Positions 1 to 8,540 of a DNA stretch of 64,000 bases are shown here, piece after piece (the first letter of the stretch is position 1; every line of letters starts with the position of its first letter). The stretch is from IMG/VR virus record IMGVR_UViG_3300029381_000501. One strand, written 5' to 3'. A program made the translations under genes and the position numbers. Below the pieces are notes generated by a model that searched no databases, had not been told where the DNA came from, and saw only the letters and a list, made by a program, of their open reading frames with translations. This DNA is from a virus.

Positions 1-261
1 ATGGTTAGTAATAAAGTTAAATTGTATCATATAGCATTTTTGCAGATGGTACAAAACAAGTACGGCACAGTGATTAAAAACGTTTCTGTTCGTCAGATTG
101 CAAAAGATTTTGGCATGAATCAGCAGACACCCTTAAATTATATTAGATGTCTAGAAAGAAACGGTTACCTGACAATTGATAAAGTAAGCGCATATAAGTG
201 GGTTATTACTATCAATGTAGAGAAAGTAAACAGTGTAATTAATGGAAAAACCTGTATTTAA
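1..261 (+). CDS. Winged-helix DNA-binding protein, N-terminally truncated by window edge; possible replication-initiator/regulator
   Basis: ORF begins at base 1; C-terminal 'RQIAKDFGMNQQTPLNYIRCLERNGYLTI' looks like a winged HTH; sits directly upstream of a second wHTH gene and the iteron array. Confidence 0.35.
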   Translation: MVSNKVKLYHIAFLQMVQNKYGTVIKNVSVRQIAKDFGMNQQTPLNYIRCLERNGYLTIDKVSAYKWVITINVEKVNSVINGKTCI

Positions 262-631
262 TGATAACGGCAAATGGAGTAAAGGAAACGAATATTTGAG
301 TATGGCATTATTAAGTAAGTACAGTTTAAGTGGAAATCATTTGGCGGTATTACTTTATATCATATCGGCATATAATAGAAAGGTATTTAGTTATAAAACA
401 GAAGAAGAAACAGGGGTATCGGTTTCTTATGATGATTTACAATGTTATCTAAACTGTAGCGAGAAAACGCCTAAAAATGTTATAAAAGCGTTGTTAGAAT
501 GGAAATTGATTAATTGCGAGAATTTAAAACAAAGAGACGGAAAAGCAAAGTATCAGTATAAGCCGAATGTTAAGTTATTGAATAAAATATTAAATGATTA
601 TCTGGAGAATTTCCCAGAATTGAAAATATAG
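242..631 (+). CDS. Winged-helix protein, putative replication initiator / iteron-binding protein
   Basis: 129 aa; wHTH-like core ('LSGNHLAVLLYIISAYN...'); immediately followed by four 20-bp iterons and an AT-rich stretch. Confidence 0.4.
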   Translation: MEKPVFNDNGKWSKGNEYLSMALLSKYSLSGNHLAVLLYIISAYNRKVFSYKTEEETGVSVSYDDLQCYLNCSEKTPKNVIKALLEWKLINCENLKQRDGKAKYQYKPNVKLLNKILNDYLENFPELKI

Positions 632-634
632 TAG

Positions 635-754
635 AGGGGTAACGGCTTACCACTATAAGGGGTAACGGCTTACCACTCTAGAAAAAATAATAGGGGTAAC
701 GGCTTACCACTCTAGAAATGATTTTATGTCTTAGAGGGGTAACGGCTTACCACT
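635..754. repeat. Iteron array: four direct copies of AGGGGTAACGGCTTACCACT (starts 635, 658, 692, 735); each contains the inverted motif GGTAA-cggc-TTACC; two copies extend to ...ACTCTAGAAA; followed by AT-rich putative unwinding region 755-830
   Basis: Exact repeats read directly in the sequence; positioned between a wHTH gene and the RuvC gene; AT-rich DNA follows. Confidence 0.75.
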
Positions 755-825
755 TATAATATAGATGTAACTAGTTGATTTTCAGTAGAATCTTAATTTT
801 ATGGGTATAAAGCCCTTTATAATAT

Positions 826-848
826 ATATCTTTGTCTTGCAAAGATAT
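826..848 (+). promoter_or_regulatory. Inverted repeat ATATCTTTG-tcttg-CAAAGATAT containing a Bacteroidetes -7 box TATCTTTG (827-834) ahead of the RuvC gene
   Basis: Perfect 9-bp arms; TAnnTTTG consensus 46 nt upstream of the ATG at 880. Confidence 0.4.
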
Positions 849-879
849 TATAAAAGGAATACAAAAGATATAAAGTACA

Positions 880-1410
880 ATGGTAAACAGTACTAAAAAG
901 GCGCAAAAGGATAACATAATATTAGCAATAGACGGAGCGACAAAAACAGGGTACGCAGTATATAAGAACGGCAAAATCATAGAGCACGGCACAGAGCGTT
1001 TTAGACCAACAAGACGTTGTTATGATTATAGCAAGTGGGCGCAAAAGGTGATAGACAAGCACGGAGTAACCCAGATAGTGGCAGAAGATATTTTTAGAGA
1101 GCATTCCAGAACGAAAGATAAGGCGTTTTATGTACTCGCAAAATTGCATGGTGTGTTAGAGGATAGAAACGAAAGAAATGGGCTTCCAGAGGTTTGTTTC
1201 TTAAATCCCCTTATGGTAAAGCGTTTTATGATACCCAGAATGCACACAAAGTATGAGAGAAGCGAGGACAAGCAAAGAATGATTAATCGTGTAACCCATT
1301 TAGGTTATAATCTGGAATCAGAAAAAGCGGATGATGAAGCGGATGCAATAGGAATCCTTTTAACCTATCTGGATGCAAGAGGGCTTCCAATCAATCACCC
1401 AGACAATTAA
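880..1410 (+). CDS. RuvC-like Holliday junction resolvase
   Basis: N-terminal 'ILAIDGATKTGYAV' (catalytic Asp of the RuvC/RNase H fold) and C-terminal 'DDEADAIGI' acidic motif; 176 aa is typical of phage RuvC resolvases. Confidence 0.7.
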   Translation: MVNSTKKAQKDNIILAIDGATKTGYAVYKNGKIIEHGTERFRPTRRCYDYSKWAQKVIDKHGVTQIVAEDIFREHSRTKDKAFYVLAKLHGVLEDRNERNGLPEVCFLNPLMVKRFMIPRMHTKYERSEDKQRMINRVTHLGYNLESEKADDEADAIGILLTYLDARGLPINHPDN

Positions 1411-1472
1411 AAAGGAATTAGGGCTTTTACTGATTTTATAGTAAAACCCCCAGACAAGTAACAGGGAACAAA

Positions 1473-1520
1473 GAAGCCTCAACAGATACCACAAAGTATT
1501 TGCTGAGGCTTTTATTTTTG
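1473..1520 (+). terminator. Hairpin (GAAGCCTCA...TGAGGCTT) followed by TTTATTTTT; candidate intrinsic terminator after ruvC
   Basis: 8-bp stem then a T-run; the loop is long (~22 nt), so this is only moderately convincing. Confidence 0.35.
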
Positions 1521-1664
1521 AGGCTAACAACTCCACTGCTCAAAAATTTAGCAGTCAACAAGAACGACTGCTCAAAATTTGAGCACTCAACAACTAGTTT
1601 GGTGAATTTTTCACACAACTTCTTTTATGCTGCATAAAGTTAGGTGAATTTTTCCACAACTTTA

Positions 1665-2237
1665 TTAAATTGTTATCTCATCATCACAACAGGATGAAAA
1701 CTCGCTTTCTGGCATTCCAGAATCTTTGCAGTATATTGTTTTCATCGCTTTCATAGCTTCTTTAAACTCTTCCAGAATATTCTTGTTATTAAGTGCCTTT
1801 ACAGTTCCCAGAACGTTTGCAAAGTTGTTTTTGTATGCCTCAAACTCATAGCTAGCATATTCCACCCCAGAAGAAGAGCAAACAGAAACCTTATATTTGC
1901 AGTGTTTTATAATCTCGCTTTCAACGTGAAAATTTGCTTTGTTGTACTTCCATCCTTTACGGTTCATTCTGGAATCTTTGTAAACAGGGCGCAAATGTCC
2001 TATAGTGCGGTCGTATTCCTGTACTGTCATATCTCCCAGAACGTATTCTAAGCCTGTAAAGACGTTTTCTTTTAGGTAACGGTAATAGTAGTTACCAACA
2101 CTAATAAGAACGCCCTTACAGGCAGCAGAAACGTTACTAGGGGGTACGTTTGCGTATCTTGCAGCCTCATTAATGGAACAAGCCACAAGAACCAATTTCT
2201 TATGCTTATTAAAAATAAGTATCTTCTTCTGTTTCAT
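1665..2237 (-). CDS. NUMOD1-like HTH domain protein (homing-endonuclease-associated DNA-binding motif), function unknown
   Basis: N-terminal 'SINEAARYANVPPSNVSAACKG' matches the NUMOD1/IENR-type HTH signature (S-I-x-E-A-A-R...G-V-S-x-S-x-I-S-x-x-C-x-G); rest has no recognisable match. Confidence 0.3.
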   Translation of the reverse strand: MKQKKILIFNKHKKLVLVACSINEAARYANVPPSNVSAACKGVLISVGNYYYRYLKENVFTGLEYVLGDMTVQEYDRTIGHLRPVYKDSRMNRKGWKYNKANFHVESEIIKHCKYKVSVCSSSGVEYASYEFEAYKNNFANVLGTVKALNNKNILEEFKEAMKAMKTIYCKDSGMPESEFSSCCDDEITI

Positions 2238-2300
2238 ATCTTTTGTTTTAAATTAGAATCTGGAGAAACCTTTGTTAGGTTTACCCCAGATTGCTTTAAA

Positions 2301-3683
2301 CTACATATAATAATCACCCAATCTTATGTTTCTGGTTATTTGTCGTTTGTCAGTGTAAACTTCCTGTATGTTGTGCACTGATGTTTTAGCGATTGCAGAA
2401 ACTTCTTCTTTGTTAGGGTTAATAATAGCCATATTGGTTATTATTGTACGTCTCATAGTGTATGTTGTTACGTTTATATCAGACCACCCCAGATTTGCAC
2501 ATACAGACTTAAAGAATCGGTTTACCTTTTCTCTAGCTTTAGACAAGTCTAACAATCGTTTGTTAATGTCTGTTCTTACGTTAACGTTACAGCTAAACGG
2601 CAACAAATACCCAGATTTGCGAGTTCCTTTGTACTTCTGGATGATTGCCAAAGGTTCTTTGGCTAACCAAACAGGCGTATTTCTGGAGTCTGTATCGTAG
2701 TTCTTTTTCTTTTCTGGACAATAGAACCACGCATAAAGCCCTGTATCGCTATCTAGCTTTATATCTTCTATTCTCATTTGCAGAATATCAACAGGGCGAG
2801 ATGCCAAATAATATTGTAACAGAAGCATATCAATGCAAAGTTGTTTATCCTCATGTTTCATTTTCGGATGAATGAGGTCAACATTAAACGCTTTCAGCTC
2901 GTTAAATTCCTTTTGTGTTAAGGTACGTTTGCCTGTCTTGTCTTTCTTCTTCTGGCATTCTGGAAGGTAAGCAGACAAGCGGAAACCAAACTTAAAGCTA
3001 GGGTTATCGTTTTCTTTCTGCTGATAATGGTAAACTATAGCCCTAAATCGTTTAACGTTGTTCCAATAGTCGTTAGGAAAGTTATCTCTAACAAACTTGC
3101 AGAACTCTTTAAATACTTCATCGTCAACGTTGGCTATAGGCATGTTGGCGAATTTACTAACACCATTTGCCCACGGCATTTTAACGCCCTTTACTGTTCC
3201 CTGTAACTTATGAATAAGTTTATCGTAATTGGTGTAATTACGGCTTCCCTTTTCTCGCATTTTCCCAGACTTCCATAAATCACGGTAATAAATGGCATAT
3301 CCCAGAACCGTTTGAACGCTTGCAGCCTCAACGTTTAAGCTAGCTTTGTAGGCATTAAAGAAATCTTCTGGAGTGTAACACGGTACGGCTTCCAGAACTG
3401 TCTTGAACTGTCTTGCGAGTTCGTCTAACTGTTTGTTGTCTTCTGGAGCGGTAACAACAGACTGTTTCTTAAATGCAGTTAGAAAACGGCTTGTTTCTGC
3501 ATTCCAGAAATACACGTCAGTTTTCAGACGGTAATTTGTACCCCAGAAGAATTTAAGGGCTTTACGCACGGTTTTACTACCTTTATCACCCTTTGCAAAG
3601 TTAGGGTTATAAACGAATACGTTAATACTTTGTGTTGCTTTGTGTACCTTAAAAGATACGTTTTTAATTGTAATTTGTACCAT
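2301..3683 (-). CDS. int: Tyrosine site-specific recombinase (phage integrase)
   Basis: 460 aa; C-terminal catalytic region has box-I Arg ('LASRPVDILQMRIEDIKLD'), 'YTMRRTIITN' (HxxR-like) and 'SVHNIQEVYTD' (His...Tyr nucleophile) in the canonical order. Confidence 0.7.
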   Translation of the reverse strand: MVQITIKNVSFKVHKATQSINVFVYNPNFAKGDKGSKTVRKALKFFWGTNYRLKTDVYFWNAETSRFLTAFKKQSVVTAPEDNKQLDELARQFKTVLEAVPCYTPEDFFNAYKASLNVEAASVQTVLGYAIYYRDLWKSGKMREKGSRNYTNYDKLIHKLQGTVKGVKMPWANGVSKFANMPIANVDDEVFKEFCKFVRDNFPNDYWNNVKRFRAIVYHYQQKENDNPSFKFGFRLSAYLPECQKKKDKTGKRTLTQKEFNELKAFNVDLIHPKMKHEDKQLCIDMLLLQYYLASRPVDILQMRIEDIKLDSDTGLYAWFYCPEKKKNYDTDSRNTPVWLAKEPLAIIQKYKGTRKSGYLLPFSCNVNVRTDINKRLLDLSKAREKVNRFFKSVCANLGWSDINVTTYTMRRTIITNMAIINPNKEEVSAIAKTSVHNIQEVYTDKRQITRNIRLGDYYM

Positions 3684-4124
3684 AAACGATATAATTTTAT
3701 GGTTCTTAAATGAGATAAGCAGAAAAAGGCAAACTAAATGTCAAACTCATAAGTCAAACTTTCAGCGTTTTATTTGCCTTTAATGCAAAAAAATCAGATA
3801 GAACGGAATAAACTATTATAGTTAAATTCTCGTAACTATCTGATTTTCAATCAACTGTATATTAAAGTCTCTATTACAGATAAACTTCAATAATATATTG
3901 GTGTGACTCGCATGGGGTCACAATACATTTTATCTTACAGCCTAACAATCAGCTACTTACTTTCCTAATGCAAAGATAATGATAACTTTTTTATAACACA
4001 AATTTTTAGGTAGTTTTCTTTGATATTTATACGCTTTAAAAATAAGAGAAACGCTATAAGTTGTTCAAAACCAACAAGATACAAGTTTTTTTGCATTCCT
4101 TCTCAGTTAAAGAGTGTATAAAAG

Positions 4125-4156
4125 CTTGGATATTTGCCCACGTTTGTGTACTTTTG
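4125..4156 (+). promoter_or_regulatory. Candidate Bacteroidetes promoter: GCTTGG (-33 TTG, 4125-4128) with 20-nt spacer to TACTTTTG (-7, 4149-4156)
   Basis: Fits TTTG/TAnnTTTG architecture; the 12-mer GCTTGGATATTT is shared with the cro-like promoter at 8973. Confidence 0.35.
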
Positions 4157-4233
4157 CACTCGTCAAGTTGCGATTGACACAAGAAGACATAAGATTTATT
4201 GCAGCCTAAGTTCAATAGGTAACGATATATTGC

Positions 4234-4276
4234 ACTCCCCTTAGTTGGTCGCAACACAACTTTGGGGAGTTTTTGT
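4234..4276 (+). terminator. Hairpin ACTCCCC...GGGGAGT followed by TTTTTG; terminator or attenuator inside the long leader upstream of the RNase H-like gene
   Basis: 7-bp GC-rich stem plus T-run, located ~75 nt downstream of the candidate promoter at 4125-4156. Confidence 0.35.
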
Positions 4277-4623
4277 ATTCCCCAATTTTGAAACGACAAG
4301 TCGAAGCGGCAGACTATGGGCTAAATACCTTCCGAGCTACTAAGACTATAAATCTCGCAAGGAAGACTCATGGCGAAGTGCAGGATTAATCGCAGAAGGC
4401 ACGAGAAGGACGGAATGCTATAGTTCTGAAAGCTGCGAAACCGATTCACGTATAGCTTGTGATAGGTCGATGGAAGGGGCGAATATACGGTGTCCACCTG
4501 GAGAATCCTCCGCCACAATGAAATATTTGTGGGTAAGGGGGATTTTACTTTCCTCAGCTAACGTGCAACCAGTTCCTGTTTTAATCCTAGCGGAATAAAA
4601 TTATAAATTTAAAATATATCGTT

Positions 4624-5379
4624 ATGAATAAAAAAAATAATAAACAACCTAGCGTGTACGTACCTACACGCGAAGAGTTTGATGAGTACGTGACTTCCAA
4701 GATGAAGCTTGATGATAAAGATTGGGCGGATGCTATTTGGAATTTAGCCACAAAAGTTGGTTGGAGAAAGAAAAATGGCGAAGCTCCCAATCATTGGCAT
4801 TCTCTAGTTTCCGCATACAATGGTGTGTTACTGGTTAAACTGGGTAGAAAGCCGCATCTGTTAGACAAGAAGGTGAAAATCGTTTCTATGCACGAAAAGA
4901 CCATCATCAATGAGATTGACGATGAATTCCCCGATAATGGTTTGCACTATGTTGCCTATACCGATGGCTCTTGCGACAACTATTCGCAAGCAAAAGCAGG
5001 AGGTGCCGCTTACATCATCCTCAAAGATGGTGAAATCTTAAAGATGAAGAACCATGGGCAGTTAAACACTTCCAACAACAGAATGGAGCTGCTTGCGATA
5101 ATAAGTGCAGTCAACGCTTGCCCAGATGGTGCTTACGTTGATATCTATACTGATAGCCAGTATTGCATTTTGGTTCTCTCTAAATCATACAAGCCCAAGA
5201 AGAATCCCGATTTGTATGAGTTGTTCAAGAAATGCGCAGCTCATGTAGCTGGTATTCGTTTCCACTGGGTGAAAGGTCACAATGGCAACAAGTATAACGA
5301 ATTGGCTGACGAGTTAGCGTATGGTGCATATTGTGATATTTGCGACCAGTACAACATCGAAAAGACTAAGAGACATTGA
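4624..5379 (+). CDS. RNase H (ribonuclease HI)-like protein with ~110-aa N-terminal extension
   Basis: 'YTDGSC...GGAAYII', 'TSNNRMELLAIISAV', 'IYTDSQY', 'WVKGHNGNKYNELADELA' are the conserved RNase HI D-E-D-D block. Confidence 0.7.
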   Translation: MNKKNNKQPSVYVPTREEFDEYVTSKMKLDDKDWADAIWNLATKVGWRKKNGEAPNHWHSLVSAYNGVLLVKLGRKPHLLDKKVKIVSMHEKTIINEIDDEFPDNGLHYVAYTDGSCDNYSQAKAGGAAYIILKDGEILKMKNHGQLNTSNNRMELLAIISAVNACPDGAYVDIYTDSQYCILVLSKSYKPKKNPDLYELFKKCAAHVAGIRFHWVKGHNGNKYNELADELAYGAYCDICDQYNIEKTKRH

Positions 5380-5473
5380 TTTAAAAGTAGTGTTATGTTC
5401 AAGGCATTCATTATAATTGCTCTTTGCGTAATCATATTGCAGTTGAGCACGATGAAAGATAAATTATAGGCTT

Positions 5474-5683
5474 ATGAAGAAAATCAAGTGGAAGGTTGTA
5501 GCGTTTGTGAGTTGGGTGCTCATGACGTTTCTTGTGATAGATGCTTGCTTTGAAGCAGTTAACAAGGCTAATACGATAGTGAACATTATGGGCATTCTCG
5601 GAATTAACCTTTGGATATTGATTTCAGTTGCGACAAATTGTTTAACATTCAAAAATAAGAAAGACAATGAAAAGAAAGATTAA
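5474..5683 (+). CDS. Small membrane protein (2 predicted TM helices)
   Basis: 69 aa, two hydrophobic stretches; overlaps the start of the downstream gene. Confidence 0.3.
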   Translation: MKKIKWKVVAFVSWVLMTFLVIDACFEAVNKANTIVNIMGILGINLWILISVATNCLTFKNKKDNEKKD

Positions 5684-6455
5684 TCAGTTGTGTTTGTTTA
5701 TGCTGCTCGGTTCAGCGTTGTTTTCGACTACCTCTTGTAGTGAGCGTGTAGATGCAGGCTCTGAGGGTATCTTGGTGAACCTCTATGGTTCCGACAAGGG
5801 AGTAGATGATGTGAGTCTTGTCACTGGTCGTGTGTGGTACAATCCTTTCACTGAGGAGGTGTACGAGTACCCTACCTATGTTCAGACTATCGACTATCCT
5901 GCATTCACCATCAACGCCAAGGATGGCTCGGAGTTCACCGTGGATCCTACCGTATCACTGAAGATGGTTGACGGCAATGCTCCAAGAGTATTCAAGAAGT
6001 ACCGCAAAGGGCTGGACGATATTGTGAATGGTACTTTGTTCAACTACGTGAAGGATGCTTTCCGCATTCAGCTGAACAAATACACAACCGACCAAATCGT
6101 GAGCAATCGTGATTTGGTGGAGAAAGCCATTGAAGCCCAACTTAGCAAGGCTCTCGCCAAGGAACATTTCCACCTAGAGCAGCTTACTTCTGGATTGAAA
6201 TATCCAAGCTCGATTGTTGAAGCTGTCAATCAGAAGAATAAAGCCATTCAGGAAGCGCAGCGTGCTCTCAACGAGGTAGCCGTGAAGAAAGCAGAAGCAG
6301 AGAAAATGCTTGTGCAGGCAAAGGCTGAGCGTGAAGCGAATGAGTTGAAGACTGCTTCTCTTACTCCTGCTATCTTGCAGAAGATGTGGATTGAGAAGTG
6401 GGATGGCAAGTTGCCAGTATATGGCAATGTTCCTCAGATGATGATGGTGAAGTAA
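5667..6455 (+). CDS. SPFH/band-7 (prohibitin/HflC-like) domain lipoprotein
   Basis: Signal peptide with lipobox 'LFSTTSC'; SPFH-like core followed by a coiled-coil A/E/K-rich tail ('AEAEKMLVQAKAEREANELK'). Confidence 0.55.
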   Translation: MKRKINQLCLFMLLGSALFSTTSCSERVDAGSEGILVNLYGSDKGVDDVSLVTGRVWYNPFTEEVYEYPTYVQTIDYPAFTINAKDGSEFTVDPTVSLKMVDGNAPRVFKKYRKGLDDIVNGTLFNYVKDAFRIQLNKYTTDQIVSNRDLVEKAIEAQLSKALAKEHFHLEQLTSGLKYPSSIVEAVNQKNKAIQEAQRALNEVAVKKAEAEKMLVQAKAEREANELKTASLTPAILQKMWIEKWDGKLPVYGNVPQMMMVK

Positions 6456-6463
6456 GCTAATTG

Positions 6464-6488
6464 CCCTCTCTTCGGAGGGGGCTTTTAA
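6464..6488 (+). terminator. Intrinsic terminator CCCTCTC-ttcg-GAGGGGG + CTTTT
   Basis: GC stem, tetraloop, T-run immediately after the stop of the SPFH gene. Confidence 0.55.
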
Positions 6489-6498
6489 ATATAGGCTT

Positions 6499-6744
6499 AT
6501 GGTTGGAAGAAGTGAAATTCGCAAGAAAGATGCTTGCCATGAATCCTGCTGGGTGTATATCTGTATGTATGGCGAGAAGCGTGAGAAGCTATGTAGCTTC
6601 AGTTGCGTTGAAACTGGCAAGCCCTGCCGGAACTACATCAACGTGTTTTGGAAGATATTTCGCTACAGACATTACCACAAGACAAAGCCGAAATTTCCGA
6701 CCACGCTTGATGCCTGGAAGAAAAGATTCGAGTCCAAATTTTAA
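6499..6744 (+). CDS. Hypothetical Cys/His-rich small protein
   Basis: 81-aa ORF starting right after the terminator. Confidence 0.25.
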   Translation: MVGRSEIRKKDACHESCWVYICMYGEKREKLCSFSCVETGKPCRNYINVFWKIFRYRHYHKTKPKFPTTLDAWKKRFESKF

Positions 6745-6764
6745 AACAAATAACAAACAAGATT

Positions 6765-7058
6765 ATGGAAAAGGTATTTAAACAGATAGACAAGATTATT
6801 ATCATCGCAAAAGTCTTGTGCATGGAGGGTAAAATCCAAAAGCAGACTTATGATGAGATTAGATTATCCCTTGTGTATATGGAAGTTGAGCTAAACAAGT
6901 TCGCCATCACGGACCCTGCTTCGGGCAAATCATTCAGCGACATGGAGCAGTTTGTGAACGAGAGCATCAACTATGCCGACTCTGAAACTCTGTTTGAGGA
7001 GTTGCATAGAAGAGGTTTTAGAATCTCGGACGGCAAGTTCGTTAGAAAGGAGGACTAG
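6765..7058 (+). CDS. Hypothetical protein
   Basis: 97-aa ORF; ends in the TAGCGTATG junction with the next gene. Confidence 0.4.
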   Translation: MEKVFKQIDKIIIIAKVLCMEGKIQKQTYDEIRLSLVYMEVELNKFAITDPASGKSFSDMEQFVNESINYADSETLFEELHRRGFRISDGKFVRKED

Positions 7059-7061
7059 CGT

Positions 7062-7313
7062 ATGACAGAGCAGGATTTAGAGAAAGCTATCAAGCTCAAG
7101 GAGGATCTCGATTACGATAGAAATCTTCTGAAATTTGCGCTGAACCCTTCTGTAGAGTTAAACGTGATTCTTTGTAGTCTAGAAAGAAACGGAGATACAT
7201 TCATTGCGAATCGTGTTCTTGGCGATGAAGGTATTAAAGAAATTAAAGGGAAAATTCTCACCATCATCAAGGACAATATTCATAACTTGGAGTCGCAAAT
7301 AGAAAAGTTGTAG
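7062..7313 (+). CDS. Hypothetical protein
   Basis: 83-aa ORF flanked by TAGCGTATG junctions. Confidence 0.4.
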   Translation: MTEQDLEKAIKLKEDLDYDRNLLKFALNPSVELNVILCSLERNGDTFIANRVLGDEGIKEIKGKILTIIKDNIHNLESQIEKL

Positions 7314-7316
7314 CGT

Positions 7317-7448
7317 ATGACAGAAATGGATGAGATAAAGCTTGCGGCTTACAATAGCTACAAGCGACACATGAGAGTGTTTGGCAAGGGGAAGGATATT
7401 CTTTCCTTTGCCGAGTGGGAAAAGAAAGCGTGTGAACAATTAAAGTAA
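7317..7448 (+). CDS. Hypothetical small protein (43 aa, below the ORF-track cutoff)
   Basis: ATG at 7317 created by a TAGCGTATG junction; ends TAA-TAG-CGT-ATG into the next gene. Confidence 0.3.
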   Translation: MTEMDEIKLAAYNSYKRHMRVFGKGKDILSFAEWEKKACEQLK

Positions 7449-7454
7449 TAGCGT

Positions 7455-7865
7455 ATGGACAGACTAACAAAGGCAATGGATAAGTATTTGTCTGAAGCCA
7501 AGAAGAAGGTTCTGAAGCTCGTTGTTTCCAAGCAATGGTTCGATATGATTGCATCGGGCGAAAAGACTGAGGAGTATCGGGAGATTAAGGGCTATTGGGT
7601 AAGACGCATCTTCGACATTTCTAATATGAATGTGGATGCAGATACCTACGCATGGGCTTTGCAAGAAAACATAATTATCAGCCGAGAATCTTTTTTTGAA
7701 TACCAGAGCAAAGGGTTCACACACGTTCTCTTCATCAACGGCTACCGCAAGGATAGTCCACGTATTGAGAAAGAGATAGAGAGTATCAGTATTGGTAAGC
7801 CGAAGAAGGGCATGTGCCCCGACAAGTGGTTGGGTCATGAATTTTTCATTATTAAGTTCAAATAG
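7455..7865 (+). CDS. ASCH (PUA-like) domain protein
   Basis: 'KLVVSKQWFDMIASGEKTEEYREIKGYW' resembles the ASCH beta-barrel signature. Confidence 0.4.
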   Translation: MDRLTKAMDKYLSEAKKKVLKLVVSKQWFDMIASGEKTEEYREIKGYWVRRIFDISNMNVDADTYAWALQENIIISRESFFEYQSKGFTHVLFINGYRKDSPRIEKEIESISIGKPKKGMCPDKWLGHEFFIIKFK

Positions 7866-7868
7866 CGT

Positions 7869-8219
7869 ATGAAAATTAGAAGTGCCAAGAAGATTCTGAA
7901 TATTATGAAGAGAGGAACGGATGAACGTTACTTCGATTCAGAAGATGGAATCAAAGAAGATAGTAGGTTCTTACCTAGATTTGGATATCTGTACAAAAAA
8001 GCTGTAGTCAGATGGAATAAGGCAAATGCCCCTAGTGCTAACGTCAGTGTGTTTCGTGCAATTTTGAGAAATTCAAAGGAGTGCAGTCGTTGTAAGCATT
8101 ATAAAGGTAATGAGTTTGTCGGAAGATGTATTAAACTTCATGTTGATGCAGAAAGCAATGATTGGTGTGCCGGAGCGTTTTTTACTAAAAAGCGAGGTAA
8201 GCATGAGAAAACTAATTAG
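7869..8219 (+). CDS. Hypothetical protein with C-terminal Cys cluster (zinc-binding?)
   Basis: 'CSRCKHYKG...CIKLH...WCAG'. Confidence 0.35.
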   Translation: MKIRSAKKILNIMKRGTDERYFDSEDGIKEDSRFLPRFGYLYKKAVVRWNKANAPSANVSVFRAILRNSKECSRCKHYKGNEFVGRCIKLHVDAESNDWCAGAFFTKKRGKHEKTN

Positions 8220-8511
8220 CAAGAAAGTATATAAGGTGGAACGTCTTTGGTGCTACAAAAGATACTACGATGCCAACATCACTGGGCTGTTGTACTTGAA
8301 GACGAGAAAGTTCTTGTGGTGGGATTTGAAGCCAATCCTATACATTGAAGTGAAGGTTCCATATATTGACGAGCCTTTTTATGATGGCGAGTATGGTACA
8401 AATCATCGCCTATCATCTTTGGAGGTGCAGATGAGAGCAGAAATGGAAGTTATTAAAGATAAGTTCCAAAGAAGATTAGACAGACTTGTTAAACGAAAAA
8501 GCAGAGCCTAG
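8203..8511 (+). CDS. Hypothetical protein (start chosen at internal ATG 8203 to avoid a long overlap)
   Basis: ORF 8110-8511 overlaps the previous gene; Met at 8203 gives a 17-nt overlap. Confidence 0.35.
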   Translation: MRKLISKKVYKVERLWCYKRYYDANITGLLYLKTRKFLWWDLKPILYIEVKVPYIDEPFYDGEYGTNHRLSSLEVQMRAEMEVIKDKFQRRLDRLVKRKSRA

Positions 8512-8527
8512 TGCCCTGCTTTTTTTC
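8496..8527. terminator. Bidirectional terminator: A-run, GCAG...CTGC hairpin, T7 run, between convergent genes
   Basis: AAAAAGCAGAGCCTAGTGCCCTGCTTTTTTT. Confidence 0.5.
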
Positions 8528-8540
8528 GTATATATAGGTA

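Noticed and set aside
771-1149. Minus-strand ORFs (73 and 75 aa) over the origin/ruvC region
   Set aside because: They overlap the AT-rich origin and the RuvC coding sequence; hydrophobic low-complexity shadow frames
4280-4560. Group I intron-like or other catalytic RNA in the GC-rich leader (CAGACUA / UAUAGUU P7-like pairing)
   Set aside because: Only loose resemblance to R/S elements; no interrupted gene or tRNA flanks it and no other core elements (P, Q, P4-P6) could be identified by eye. Kept only as a structured leader hypothesis
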